Shown: one piece after another, positions 18,828 to 28,973 of the stretch
Layout: each line of letters opens with the position of its first letter
Position numbering within the stretch: position 1 is the first letter of the stretch
Source of the DNA: Candidatus Micrarchaeota archaeon
GTDB lineage: Archaea; Micrarchaeota; Micrarchaeia; Anstonellales; Bilamarchaeaceae
Length of the DNA: 47,372 bases
Reading direction: 5' to 3'
NCBI GenBank assembly: GCA_043827025.1
Contig: JBDRPL010000029.1
Coordinates: forward strand, 1-47,372
Notes under the pieces: generated by a model
The model's input: the letters and a program-made list of their open reading frames with translations, nothing else
Database searches by the model: none
Told to the model about the DNA's origin: nothing
Program-made: the position numbers and the translations under genes

Positions 18828-19880
18828 ATGCATAAAGAAACTATACTGGTTGGAAAAAAGAAGGTCGGGCCAGGACAGCCATGCTTCATAATCGCAGAAG
18901 CTGGAGTGAATCATAATGGCGATATGAAATTGGCAAAAGAGCTTGCACTTGTAGCAAAGCAGGCAGGCGCTGACGTTGTAAAATTCCAGACATTTAATCC
19001 TGACAAACTTGTCACGAAAAAGGCAGGCAAGGCAGAATACCAAAAAGAGACGACAGATGCAGCTGAAAGCCAGCTTGCAATGCTTAAAAAACTGGCACTT
19101 GGTGAAAAAGATTTCGAGGAATTGAAGAGGTATTGCGACAAGATAGGCATCATGTTCCTTTCGACCCCTTTTGACAGCGAAAGCGTCACGATAGTCAACA
19201 AGCTTTGCCCTATAATCAAAATTTCGTCTACTGACACCAACAACTATCCATTCATAGAACAGATAGCAAGGCTAGGGAAACCGATAATGCTGTCAACAGG
19301 AATGTCAACAATGGACGAGGTAAAAAAGGCTGTTGAAGCAATAAGGAAAACAGGGAATGACAAGATAATTTTATTGCAATGCATAAGTTCATATCCAACT
19401 CCGCTTGAATACGCAAATGTGGCAGCAATGCTCGAGCTAAGGAAAGCAGATGTTGAGATTGTCGGGTATTCGGACCATACTGTCGGTAATTTCGCAATAT
19501 TCACAGCAGTTGCCCTTGGGGCCAATGTTGTTGAGAAACACTTTACCTTGGACAAGAATATGGAAGGACCTGACCATAAGGCATCTGCAGACCCGAAAGA
19601 GCTTGAAGAACTGATAAAAGGGATAAGAAGCATAGAAAAGGCCCTTGGAAGCGGAATTAAGGCACCTGTAAAATGCGAAATGGAGAATATACCTATTGTC
19701 AGGAAAAGGCTTGTTGCTGCAGTTGACATAAAAAACGGGCATGTGATTACGCGCGAAATGGTCGAGATAAAAAGATCGAAAAACGGTGCAGAGCCAGGAC
19801 AACTAAACGAAGTTATAGGAAAGAAGGCAACAAGAGATATAAGCATAGATGAAGGAATAGAAAAAGAGGATGTGAAATGA
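18828..19880 (+). CDS. neuB: Nonulosonate synthase (NeuB/LegI family) with C-terminal SAF domain
   Basis: AEAGVNHNGD, KFQT, STPFD, SDHT and EKHFTLD...GPDH motifs. Confidence 0.93.
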   Translation: MHKETILVGKKKVGPGQPCFIIAEAGVNHNGDMKLAKELALVAKQAGADVVKFQTFNPDKLVTKKAGKAEYQKETTDAAESQLAMLKKLALGEKDFEELKRYCDKIGIMFLSTPFDSESVTIVNKLCPIIKISSTDTNNYPFIEQIARLGKPIMLSTGMSTMDEVKKAVEAIRKTGNDKIILLQCISSYPTPLEYANVAAMLELRKADVEIVGYSDHTVGNFAIFTAVALGANVVEKHFTLDKNMEGPDHKASADPKELEELIKGIRSIEKALGSGIKAPVKCEMENIPIVRKRLVAAVDIKNGHVITREMVEIKRSKNGAEPGQLNEVIGKKATRDISIDEGIEKEDVK

Positions 19881-20524
19881 AAAAACTCCTGATAATAGGC
19901 GCTGGAGACCAGCCCAAAATAATCATTGATGCCATAGAATCCAACCCAAACTACAAGGACATCAGCATAAAGGGACTCATGGATGTTGAGGGCCGAAAAG
20001 AAAATGTTGGAAAAGAGATACTTGGGCATCGAATAGTAGGAACGCTTGACAAACTTGCAGAATACTTATGCGACTTCTATGTGATAGCTGTTGGCGATCC
20101 TGCAAAAAGAAAGGAGATCGATGCAAAGGTGGCCGAAACAGGAAAGAAAACTGAGGCACTTACGATAATCCACAAAAGCGCAATAGTCTCGAAGCACGTG
20201 AAGATAGGGAGTGGAAGTATGATCTCTGCTGGCGCAATAATACTTCCGAATGCGATATTAGGAAGGCACTGCATAATCAACACAAGTGCAACGATCGACC
20301 ATGACTGCGAGCTTGGAGATTACGTTAACATATCTCCAGGTGCGAAGATATCTGGAAATGTAAAGATAGGTGAGTGTGCAACTATAGGAACAGGCGCAAC
20401 AATAATCGACGGCGTGACAATTGGAAAGAATGCGATCATAGGCGCAGGCGCATCCGTGATATCTGATATACCTGCAGATTCAACTGCAGTCGGTGTTCCG
20501 GCAAAGGTAATCAAAAAGGGTTGA
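19877..20524 (+). CDS. neuD: NeuD/PglD/LegH-family hexapeptide sugar acetyltransferase
   Basis: IIGAG N-terminus, INTSATIDHDC, left-handed beta-helix repeats, and GVPAK. Confidence 0.88.
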   Translation: MKKLLIIGAGDQPKIIIDAIESNPNYKDISIKGLMDVEGRKENVGKEILGHRIVGTLDKLAEYLCDFYVIAVGDPAKRKEIDAKVAETGKKTEALTIIHKSAIVSKHVKIGSGSMISAGAIILPNAILGRHCIINTSATIDHDCELGDYVNISPGAKISGNVKIGECATIGTGATIIDGVTIGKNAIIGAGASVISDIPADSTAVGVPAKVIKKG

Positions 20525-20533
20525 AGCTCAAAG

Positions 20534-21511
20534 ATGAAACACATAATTTATATGAGTCATAACATCTTCGGTTTCGAAACGCTTCAGCATCTTGCAAGGC
20601 TGATCAAGGAGAAAAAATTAGATGCTAAGATAGAACTTATAGTCTGCAGAAAGACAAAGGAAAGATTGTGCGATCAGACACTTGATTTCATTGAATTTGC
20701 AAAAAAAGAAAAGATAGGATTGGTGCAGACAGACAACATAAAAGAAGACCAAGTGGTCATGGAAAAGATAGAACAAATTAAACCCGATTTCCTTTTTGTT
20801 TTTGGATGGTCGCAGCTGATACCTGAAAATATATTAAAAGGAGTCAAAGAGCTTGCAATAGGAAGCCACCCTACACTTCTTCCGAAATACAGAGGAAATG
20901 CAGCAATACCCTGGCAAATACTACTTGGGGAAAAAGAGAGCGGCGCCACCTTATTCGAGATACGGTCTGATGTTGGAGTTGATGCTGGAGGGATACTGGC
21001 GCAGAAAAGATATCTCCTAGATGCCAGAGAGACCTCAACCACGCTCTACAAGAAGTTCACTGAAAATGTGAAGAAAATACTTGACGAAAGCCTGAAATGT
21101 ATAATCAATGGGAAGATAAAACCAAAACCACAGCAGAGCCCCCCCAGTTATCTTGGAAAGAGAAGGCCTTCGGACAGCAGGATAAACTGGGAGCTTTCAA
21201 GCGAAGAAGTGGACAGGCTCATAAGGGCTCAGTCCTTTCCATACCCAGTTGCCTATTCCTATTTGAAAAAAGGAGAAACCTATGAAAAAATTGGGATTCT
21301 TGACTCGGAACTAGGAAAAGAACAAGTAATCGGAGTTCCTGGAAGCATATTGATAGGCAAGGGCAGGGCAATTGTGGCCTGCGGAAAGGGAACAATAGAG
21401 ATAAGAAATATAAGAGTTGAAAACAATAGCATGGATGCTTCAAAATATCTGAATGGTATTGGAAGATTCGACATTGAGATGAATGATGTCCTATTTGAGG
21501 CGGTTAGATAA
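20534..21511 (+). CDS. Sugar N-formyltransferase (Fmt/ArnA-like)
   Basis: GWSQLI, HPTLLPKYRG.A, VDAG and INW...IRA..PYP motifs; located inside the neu operon. Confidence 0.87.
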   Translation: MKHIIYMSHNIFGFETLQHLARLIKEKKLDAKIELIVCRKTKERLCDQTLDFIEFAKKEKIGLVQTDNIKEDQVVMEKIEQIKPDFLFVFGWSQLIPENILKGVKELAIGSHPTLLPKYRGNAAIPWQILLGEKESGATLFEIRSDVGVDAGGILAQKRYLLDARETSTTLYKKFTENVKKILDESLKCIINGKIKPKPQQSPPSYLGKRRPSDSRINWELSSEEVDRLIRAQSFPYPVAYSYLKKGETYEKIGILDSELGKEQVIGVPGSILIGKGRAIVACGKGTIEIRNIRVENNSMDASKYLNGIGRFDIEMNDVLFEAVR

Positions 21512-22674
21512 TGACAAAGAAAATCGCAGTTATCACAGGAACAAGGGCGGAATACGGCATACTTGAACCAATAGTAAAAAAGATAGTGGCGGACAAGGAG
21601 CTTGAACTCCAGCTCTATGTCACAGGCATGCACCTTTCCAAGGAATATGGAGACACTGTGAAGCAGATAGAATACAAAATAGCTGAAAAAATAGATATGA
21701 AGATCAAGGAAAGAAATGAAGATATTGACATGGCGATCTCGGTAAGCGAAGGCGTTAAGGGATTTGCAAATGCATTCAAGAAAAGAAAGCCGGATCTTGT
21801 TATTGTCCTTGGGGACAGGATTGAAGCGTTTGCTGCAGCAGTCTCTGCCCACCTTCTCAACATACCCATAGCACACATACATGGAGGAGATTTGACATTT
21901 TCAATATTCGATGAAGGGATGAGACACGCAATTACAAAGCTTGCCCATATTCATTTCGCAGCAACTGAAAAAAGCAAGAAAAGAATATTGCAGATGGGTG
22001 AAGAACCTTGGAGAGTCTTCAATGTGGGGGCGCCAGGCATTGATGCGATACTCGAATCCAAAATAACATCAAAACAGGAGATATGTAAAAAGCTCAGGCT
22101 TGGCCCAAACAAAAAAATCGCATTGGTACTCTATCATCCGGTGACAACTGAGTGGGAAACTGCAGGAACAGAGATGGTCTCGATCCTCAGGGCAATGGAA
22201 AACTTCGATGGCCAAGTAATTATCATAGGGAGCAATGCGGATGCAGGAAGTTACAAGATAAAAGATGAGATGAACAGGCTGAAGAACAAAAAAAATTGCC
22301 ATCTATTCAACAGCCTTGGGCACGCAGACTTCCTTTCATTGATGAAGAACTGCGATGTGATGGTCGGAAATTCAAGCAGCGGCATAATCGAGGCGCCAAG
22401 CCTTGGAGTTTCTGTGATAAACGTAGGGCCAAGGCAAGAAGGAAGGGAAAGGGCAAAGAATGTAATAGATGTGCCTTGTGATGAGGTTCATATTCGAAAG
22501 GCAGTTGAAAAGGCAATTAATGATTCGAAGTTCATTGAAACAGCAAAGAAATGCGAATCTCCTTATGGGAATGGCCATGCTTCTGAAAAGATAATGAAGA
22601 CAATAAAGGGCATAGACCTAGCGAATAAAAAACTAATACAGAAAAGATTCATAGAGATCGGAGTTGATGACTGA
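21511..22674 (+). CDS. neuC: Hydrolysing NDP-N-acetylhexosamine 2-epimerase (NeuC/LegG family)
   Basis: TGTRAEYG, TGMHL, LGDR.E, HIHGGD, RHAITKLAH, GNSSSG..E and RQ.GR motifs. Confidence 0.93.
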   Translation: MTKKIAVITGTRAEYGILEPIVKKIVADKELELQLYVTGMHLSKEYGDTVKQIEYKIAEKIDMKIKERNEDIDMAISVSEGVKGFANAFKKRKPDLVIVLGDRIEAFAAAVSAHLLNIPIAHIHGGDLTFSIFDEGMRHAITKLAHIHFAATEKSKKRILQMGEEPWRVFNVGAPGIDAILESKITSKQEICKKLRLGPNKKIALVLYHPVTTEWETAGTEMVSILRAMENFDGQVIIIGSNADAGSYKIKDEMNRLKNKKNCHLFNSLGHADFLSLMKNCDVMVGNSSSGIIEAPSLGVSVINVGPRQEGRERAKNVIDVPCDEVHIRKAVEKAINDSKFIETAKKCESPYGNGHASEKIMKTIKGIDLANKKLIQKRFIEIGVDD

Positions 22675-23324
22675 TGCATGTTTTGGTGATAGGTGCACAT
22701 CCTGATGATGAAGTATATGGTTGCGGCGGAACGATTGCGAGAATGGCGAGCGAAGGGCATGAGATATACGTACTTATCGTGACAGAAGGTTCCAGTGCCC
22801 AATACAAGGACAAGAAAATGATAGATGTGAAACGACAAGAAGCAGAAAAGGTGAAGGAACTGCTGAAGATAAAGAAGTACATCTTCGGCGAGTTTGCTGA
22901 CATGAAGCTGGATTCTGTGCCTCATCTTGAACTCAACAAATTCATCGAGGCTGCAATAGACGAAATAAAGCCTGAATACATATTCACACATTACAAGCAT
23001 GATTTGAATAAAGATCATCAAAAAATATTCGAATCAACAATGGTTGCTGCAAGGCCTGGCAGGAAATTCATAAAAAGAATATACAGCTATGAAGTTCCTT
23101 CCACAACAGAACTGGGAAGTGTTGCTTTCCAGCCGAATAAGTTCTTCAATATAACCAGCTACATAGATAAAAAGAAAAAAGCTGTGGAGATCTACAAAAG
23201 CGAGCTTCGCGAGTATCCTCATGCAAGGAATGCAGAGGCAGTTGAAGCACTTGCGAAGTACCGAGGATATTCATCGAATCTGAAGTATGCAGAAGCATTT
23301 ATGCTAATAAGGGCCATTGAATAA
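22674..23324 (+). CDS. PIG-L/LmbE-family N-deacetylase
   Basis: AHPDDE..G.GGT and D...DH motifs; C-terminal AEAF. Confidence 0.9.
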   Translation: MHVLVIGAHPDDEVYGCGGTIARMASEGHEIYVLIVTEGSSAQYKDKKMIDVKRQEAEKVKELLKIKKYIFGEFADMKLDSVPHLELNKFIEAAIDEIKPEYIFTHYKHDLNKDHQKIFESTMVAARPGRKFIKRIYSYEVPSTTELGSVAFQPNKFFNITSYIDKKKKAVEIYKSELREYPHARNAEAVEALAKYRGYSSNLKYAEAFMLIRAIE

Positions 23325-23366
23325 AAGTACAAAAAAGGACAATAATAGCTAAAAACAAGTGATGTT

Positions 23367-24497
23367 ATGAAAATACCGCTTTACAAGCCATATGTTGACG
23401 AGAAAGAAAAGGAATGTGTGAACCGAGTAATTGACCGGGGCTATAATTGGACTAATGGACCTGAAAACGAAGAATTGGAGCAAATGGTCTGCAAACTCAC
23501 TGGCTCCAAATATGCCTTGAGCATGAACAATGGAACGTGCGCATTGCATGCAATGCTCTTTGCCCATGAGATAGGGCCAGGAGACGAGATCATAGTCCCA
23601 TCATTCACATTCATAGCAACTGCCAACTCACCACTATTTGTGGGTGCAAAGCCAGTTTTCGCAGACATAGAAAAAGAAACTTATGCGCTTGATCCAGAAG
23701 ATGTAAGGGGGAAAATCACAAAGAAGACAAAGGCGATAATGCCCATTCACTATGGCGGTTGTCCTGCAATCAAAACAAAAGAATTGAAGGAAATCGCAGA
23801 TGAGAAAGGATTATTGTTCATAGAGGATGCGGCTGAATCGCTTGGCGCTAAAATTGACGGCAAGATGGTTGGAACCTTTGGGGATTCTGCAATGTACAGC
23901 CTTTGCGGAAACAAGATAATCACAAGCGGAGAAGGGGGAATCGTAGTAACGAACGAAGAGAAGACATACCAAAAACTCAAGTTGATAAGATCTCATGGAA
24001 GGAATGAAACAGAGAATTATTTCGAAAGCGCTGCGAGGATGGATTATATACAATTAGGATACAATTTTAGGATGCCGACCATAGTGGCAGCACTTGCAAT
24101 TGCACAGCTGAAGAAACTTGATAAGATAATAGAAATGCGAAGAAAGATTGCGAAGCAGTTTGATTCATTCCTTTCTGCATATGGTAACAAGGTGAGAGTG
24201 CCATACAACAAAGATAGTGGATTGTTCAATGTTTACCAGATGTACTCCATAGTATTGGAAAGCGAAGCGCTGAGAGACAGGCTGAAAAATCACCTAACCA
24301 AGAACCAGGTGGCAACCAAGATATACTTCGACCCAATACACAAGACGCATTTCTATTCGAAAGTATTAGGATACAAGGACGTCCTGCATACAACAGAAGA
24401 TATTGCAAGAAGAGAGTTGACGATTCCGATTTATCCTGGCATGACAGACGAAGAAGTGAAATATGTTTGCGAAAAGATGAAAGGAAGTATCGAATAG
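23367..24497 (+). CDS. DegT/DnrJ/EryC1/StrS sugar aminotransferase
   Basis: NGTCALH, FTFIAT, EDAAESLG, SLCGNKIITSGEGG and GYNFRM motifs. Confidence 0.92.
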   Translation: MKIPLYKPYVDEKEKECVNRVIDRGYNWTNGPENEELEQMVCKLTGSKYALSMNNGTCALHAMLFAHEIGPGDEIIVPSFTFIATANSPLFVGAKPVFADIEKETYALDPEDVRGKITKKTKAIMPIHYGGCPAIKTKELKEIADEKGLLFIEDAAESLGAKIDGKMVGTFGDSAMYSLCGNKIITSGEGGIVVTNEEKTYQKLKLIRSHGRNETENYFESAARMDYIQLGYNFRMPTIVAALAIAQLKKLDKIIEMRRKIAKQFDSFLSAYGNKVRVPYNKDSGLFNVYQMYSIVLESEALRDRLKNHLTKNQVATKIYFDPIHKTHFYSKVLGYKDVLHTTEDIARRELTIPIYPGMTDEEVKYVCEKMKGSIE

Positions 24498-24498
24498 G

Positions 24499-25857
24499 TT
24501 AGGCTATATTCCTATATTTTGGATTGTTATAGTCCTTCAGCACTTCCATGTCCAGAGCAAGAACTTCATTGACGCCGTATTCTATGCCATGCTTGAGCTC
24601 CATGTCAAACACAGATTTGAACCTTGAAAATGCGATTCTGTAGTTTCTCTTATCTGCCTTGTCCTCATTAACAACAATGTCGGCATCAGGCACAATCTTC
24701 TTGATGATCTCTGCGATCTGTATGATCTTATAATTATTAATCTCAGACCCTACGTTGAAAATGCCTCCTTTGATCTTCTCTATTGGAAGTTCAAGGCATC
24801 TTATGTAAGCATCTGCAGCATCTTCAAGATGCAGGAAAGGCCTCCATTGTTCGCCTCCGAACACAGTTATTTTTTTATCAACAACTGCCTTTGCACTCAG
24901 CAGGTTGATCACCAAATCAAAACGCATCCTTGGAGAAACACCAAAAAGAGTAGGCATCCTCATTATAGTTGGCGCAAAGTTGCCATCTTCCATATCAAGA
25001 AGCACCTGTTCTGAATTTATCTTCATCTTGGCATATATGGAAACCGGATTCAGCTTAGCCTCCTCTGCAAGAAGCTCATCTCCACTGCTTGCACCATAAT
25101 TACTACAAGTAGATGAAAATATGAAACGATTTATCTGGAAATACTTACAGACATCTGCAAGAAGCTTGGTGGAAAAATAGTTGAGTTCTATCGCCTGCCT
25201 TGGGCTGACAGTGCACGCAGGATCTCCTACAAGGGATGCAAGATGAATTACTGCATCAACGCCTTTTATAGCATCAACAACATCAGTCATGTTCCTCATG
25301 TCTCCATTGACGAATGTAAAGCCTTCTTTACCATAGAGGTCTTTTATCCCATGGTCCCCGTACATCACATTGTCAAGAACCTTCACCCTATAGCCTTTTG
25401 AAAGAAGCTTTCTAGCCAAAACAGCCCCAAAATATCCTGCACCGCCAACAACAAGAACCTGTTTTACATGTTCTGTTTTGTTTGGATCTCTTGAAAATGA
25501 AACTGACTTATCATACAAAAAGACAATACGTAAAATCTTTCCTTCATCATCAACAACAGGTATTTTGAGAGAACCTCCAACAGGTACGCTCTTCCTTATA
25601 GATTCATCAAAGACTTCATTTCCTTGCCTGACAAACAAGGGATTTTTATTCACGATACTCGAAACGGCATCATTTATGGAGATGCCTTGTAGCAATGCTC
25701 TGCGTATGTCGCCATCAGTAACTACTCCTTTCAGAGATTTCTTGGCATCGACTATAAATGCGATTCCAATAAGGTTCTTGTCAATGGCCTTCATAGCATC
25801 TTTTATGGAACTGCCTTCATCCACAACTGAGGAGTTGAAATCAAAAACATTAGACAT
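24499..25857 (-). CDS. Fusion: CBS-pair domain + NAD-dependent epimerase/dehydratase (SDR)
   Basis: N-terminal GVVTDGDIRRALL...IPVVD CBS pair. C-terminal GGAGYFG, YAKMK and SPRMRFDL motifs. Confidence 0.87.
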   Translation of the reverse strand: MSNVFDFNSSVVDEGSSIKDAMKAIDKNLIGIAFIVDAKKSLKGVVTDGDIRRALLQGISINDAVSSIVNKNPLFVRQGNEVFDESIRKSVPVGGSLKIPVVDDEGKILRIVFLYDKSVSFSRDPNKTEHVKQVLVVGGAGYFGAVLARKLLSKGYRVKVLDNVMYGDHGIKDLYGKEGFTFVNGDMRNMTDVVDAIKGVDAVIHLASLVGDPACTVSPRQAIELNYFSTKLLADVCKYFQINRFIFSSTCSNYGASSGDELLAEEAKLNPVSIYAKMKINSEQVLLDMEDGNFAPTIMRMPTLFGVSPRMRFDLVINLLSAKAVVDKKITVFGGEQWRPFLHLEDAADAYIRCLELPIEKIKGGIFNVGSEINNYKIIQIAEIIKKIVPDADIVVNEDKADKRNYRIAFSRFKSVFDMELKHGIEYGVNEVLALDMEVLKDYNNPKYRNIA

Positions 25858-25924
25858 GAGAAAATATTGTAGGAGTCCATTATTAAAAGCTATCTAGGGG
25901 TATATAAAACAGGAAAGTGAGCCC

Positions 25925-27799
25925 ATGGAAGGCATGAAAAAGATAGCCGTATTCGAAAGCATAGGGCCTGAAAATAAAGGCAAGGCACTTAGCCACCTGA
26001 AGGAAGGATTTGCAGTGCTTTTCCGGGAGATTAGCCCAACAATATCTATTGACCCTAATATCAAAAATGCCCTGGAAAAAGGCAGTATGAAAAGAATTGA
26101 GAGCCTGCTTTTTGATTATCCCCTTTATGTAAGGGCCTGGGAACAGGCAGACAAAATAATAGATGAGCTATTCACTAAAAGACATGGCAAAAGCAATCTG
26201 ATAAAAAACACCAACAACCTATTTAGATATAAAAACATATCTGCAATGTACAAGAAGAAAATGCTTGTTGAGCTTTGCAATAACTGCGAAACAATAATGA
26301 TGGTAACCCAGGTTATGGAAAAAGAAAATCCTGAGAAGATTATCCTATATCCTTCAGAGGACTGGCTTCTTGGCGAGGCTAAAGAATTGCTTGGCAGGAA
26401 AGTCGAGTTGGTTCTGCAGAAAAAGAAATTGTCGCACCGAATAAAGCAGACTTTCCAAAAGATGGGATTCCTTCTATATCCCTGGTACATGCTGCTGAAA
26501 AAAGTGTCCATCTTTCCGAAAAAGAAGGAAAAATTCCAGGTGGCAATAAGCATAGACCAGACTGCCAATCTCTTTTCAAGAAGAAACTATGGCGAAGCGA
26601 CCTTGATAGATGAGAAAGAACTTCCAAAAGAAAAAGTGCTATTCATAGACGAAAGCAGAAAGTACATAAAGGAAAAATATGCCGAGATGGGATTTTGTTG
26701 CACATCCCTTAGATGCGAACGAGAGACTCTTAGCCTTGGCGCTTTGAAGGACATCCTGTTCAGGTTCTTTCCATGCTGGATACGCTCCATATTCTGCATA
26801 GGTGAAGACTGGATGACTGTTAGGATGGCATCAAAGGCAATGAGCGATTATATACTTTGGAGGCTTCTTCTTGGCAGATATAAGATAAATAATTACGTGC
26901 GAAGAATGGTTGTTGATCCAATATCAAAAATAGCTATGCTGAGAGAAAGCAAAACAAAGACATGGCTGTATTACCCTGATGCATCAACAGTGGACCATAC
27001 TGAATGGAATGGGGAAAACTCGCCTGACCCAGATTTTAATTTCATTGATTATGATCGTGTAGTAGTATATGGAAATCGGACAAAAAGATTCTTCCAAAGC
27101 TACAGACATAACAAGGTAGGCACATACTTCAAGAACGGAATATGGTATTCACAAATAGCAAAGGAGATAGAAACGGGAAAGATCGCCACCAGTATAGGTA
27201 AGCAAATCAAGGCAAAAACCCCAAGCAAGAATGCAATATTCCTAGGCATATTCGACACGACGTTCTCGGAAAGAACCCCACTTCATCCAAAAGATGGGGA
27301 AAAATTCGGAAAGGACATGCTTAATCTTCTTGAGGAAAACAAAGACTATTTTATGATATTCAAGGTGAAATATCCCTGGGCAGAGCTGACCGACGAGATA
27401 AGGTTAATTTATGAAAAGCTGAGGAACCATGAAAGGTGCCTTCTCTTTCCAACAAAAGACGGAGACCTCGGCTCTTCAGCTGAAGTCATAGCCAAATCTG
27501 ATTTTGTCATAGGTGCTGTGTATACTTCTCCTGTAGTGGAGGCTCTTGGAACACACAAAAAAGCGATATACTACGATGTAAGCGGATATGATGCCGGAAA
27601 GAAGGGGATATATTTTTCAGACATACCCGATCTTGTGGCGCACAGCTATGGCGAAATGAAAGAGCTTATGGCGCATTGGATGAAAAAAACGGATGAAAAA
27701 AAGTTCGATGGATTTCTGAATAAATATGTAAAGGGAGAAATGGATGAATACCTTGACCAGAAGGCAATCAACAGATTCAGGAAAATGTTAATGGACTAG
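25925..27799 (+). CDS. Large polysaccharide biosynthesis protein (resembles the PFTS-motif family), GT-B-like C-terminus
   Basis: IFDT, IFKVKY and AVYTSPVVEALG...AIYYD motifs; 624 aa. Confidence 0.55.
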   Translation: MEGMKKIAVFESIGPENKGKALSHLKEGFAVLFREISPTISIDPNIKNALEKGSMKRIESLLFDYPLYVRAWEQADKIIDELFTKRHGKSNLIKNTNNLFRYKNISAMYKKKMLVELCNNCETIMMVTQVMEKENPEKIILYPSEDWLLGEAKELLGRKVELVLQKKKLSHRIKQTFQKMGFLLYPWYMLLKKVSIFPKKKEKFQVAISIDQTANLFSRRNYGEATLIDEKELPKEKVLFIDESRKYIKEKYAEMGFCCTSLRCERETLSLGALKDILFRFFPCWIRSIFCIGEDWMTVRMASKAMSDYILWRLLLGRYKINNYVRRMVVDPISKIAMLRESKTKTWLYYPDASTVDHTEWNGENSPDPDFNFIDYDRVVVYGNRTKRFFQSYRHNKVGTYFKNGIWYSQIAKEIETGKIATSIGKQIKAKTPSKNAIFLGIFDTTFSERTPLHPKDGEKFGKDMLNLLEENKDYFMIFKVKYPWAELTDEIRLIYEKLRNHERCLLFPTKDGDLGSSAEVIAKSDFVIGAVYTSPVVEALGTHKKAIYYDVSGYDAGKKGIYFSDIPDLVAHSYGEMKELMAHWMKKTDEKKFDGFLNKYVKGEMDEYLDQKAINRFRKMLMD

Positions 27800-27803
27800 A
27801 TGC

Positions 27804-28934
27804 CTATTTCTGATCCCAGAGGTTATCCTTGACCCAGTCGCCATTCCTGTCCTTTCTCCATACCCGTGGATCTCTGAATGTGTCTGCAATTTTGTCAAAA
27901 TCCTCTTCACTCATGCCAACATATTTCAACCAGCGCTGAAGGTCTCTTGGTTTGACATGATCGTATTTTCGGACCATTTCGATTCCTTTTTCTCGGCTCA
28001 TAAGGCCTGCTCTGATATCCTTGGATACATGGTCTGTGGCCCGCCCATAGCCAAACTTTACATATTTGAGATAATCATGCGCCCCATTTTCATGCATATC
28101 ATCAAGATTCGACATCATTCTATAGGTTCTGTCAAAAGGTTCTGCAGAAATTTCAAACCCGTATTCTTTTCTCATGAGCTCGGTTTGCTTATTCGCTTCC
28201 CAGTCAACATAATTCGAAAGGTAAACCCCTCTAACACCAACTCTGGCGAGCTCCTCATCCGTAGGATATTTTGCCCAAAGGAGATCCTTTTCTGTCAGGC
28301 CTTCCTTTCCGACCATGTCATTCCAGTCAAACCCTCTTTGTGCGTGTTCCAATCTGAACTTGGCAGTCATCTCGATAAAATCATTGTACCCAAACATTCC
28401 CCCAAGGTCAGCATATCCATGCTCTCCCCAGATTATCAATGGAATGTTATGTTTGACTGCCATCTGTACAGGATAAGTGAAAATGCCACAGTGGTTATGC
28501 CAGTTCATATCACCCATTATCTCGAAGCCTACTCTGTTGAGTTTTATCAGCATCTGTTCACTTGGCCTGAAAACAAGATGATCTGCATCAAACCTGTTTC
28601 TCATATTATCCAGATTTCTCTGACCAACATCAAGATAATTATTTCCATGGTAAGTTACCAAAAGAGGTTTTAGGCCGAGAATTTTTGTTACGTAATGTGT
28701 TTGGAAGTAACTGTCCTTTCCGCCACCAACCGGAATAATGCAGTCATAATTGCTACCGTCCTTTGATCGATACTGCTCCACAAGCTTCTTGAGCATTGCT
28801 CCTCTCTTTGCCCAGTCGATTTTCTTCTTCTGTTCGTGGACCCTGCAACCCGAACAAACCCCGTTCTCATCGAATTCCAACGGCACTGCCGAAGATGATG
28901 GATAAACACACTTAGTGCACCATGTGACGCTCAT
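27804..28934 (-). CDS. N-acetyl sugar amidotransferase (WbuX/PseA/AglX-like)
   Basis: CTKC...CSGC Zn site, YDCIIPVGGGKDS PP-loop, WGE and KFGYGRA motifs; HisH/HisF-like partners nearby. Confidence 0.88.
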   Translation of the reverse strand: MSVTWCTKCVYPSSSAVPLEFDENGVCSGCRVHEQKKKIDWAKRGAMLKKLVEQYRSKDGSNYDCIIPVGGGKDSYFQTHYVTKILGLKPLLVTYHGNNYLDVGQRNLDNMRNRFDADHLVFRPSEQMLIKLNRVGFEIMGDMNWHNHCGIFTYPVQMAVKHNIPLIIWGEHGYADLGGMFGYNDFIEMTAKFRLEHAQRGFDWNDMVGKEGLTEKDLLWAKYPTDEELARVGVRGVYLSNYVDWEANKQTELMRKEYGFEISAEPFDRTYRMMSNLDDMHENGAHDYLKYVKFGYGRATDHVSKDIRAGLMSREKGIEMVRKYDHVKPRDLQRWLKYVGMSEEDFDKIADTFRDPRVWRKDRNGDWVKDNLWDQK

Positions 28935-28973
28935 AAAAATCAAATCAACAAATGTGCAAATGGTTTTTTAATT

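Noticed and set aside
19244..20029. 261-aa minus-strand ORF
   Set aside because: Antisense to neuB/neuD, with no recognisable motifs.
20534..21511. Methionyl-tRNA formyltransferase (fmt)
   Set aside because: It sits inside a sugar operon and lacks the typical Fmt N-terminus; a sugar formyltransferase is more plausible.
27957..28673. 238-aa plus-strand ORF
   Set aside because: Antisense shadow of the amidotransferase gene.
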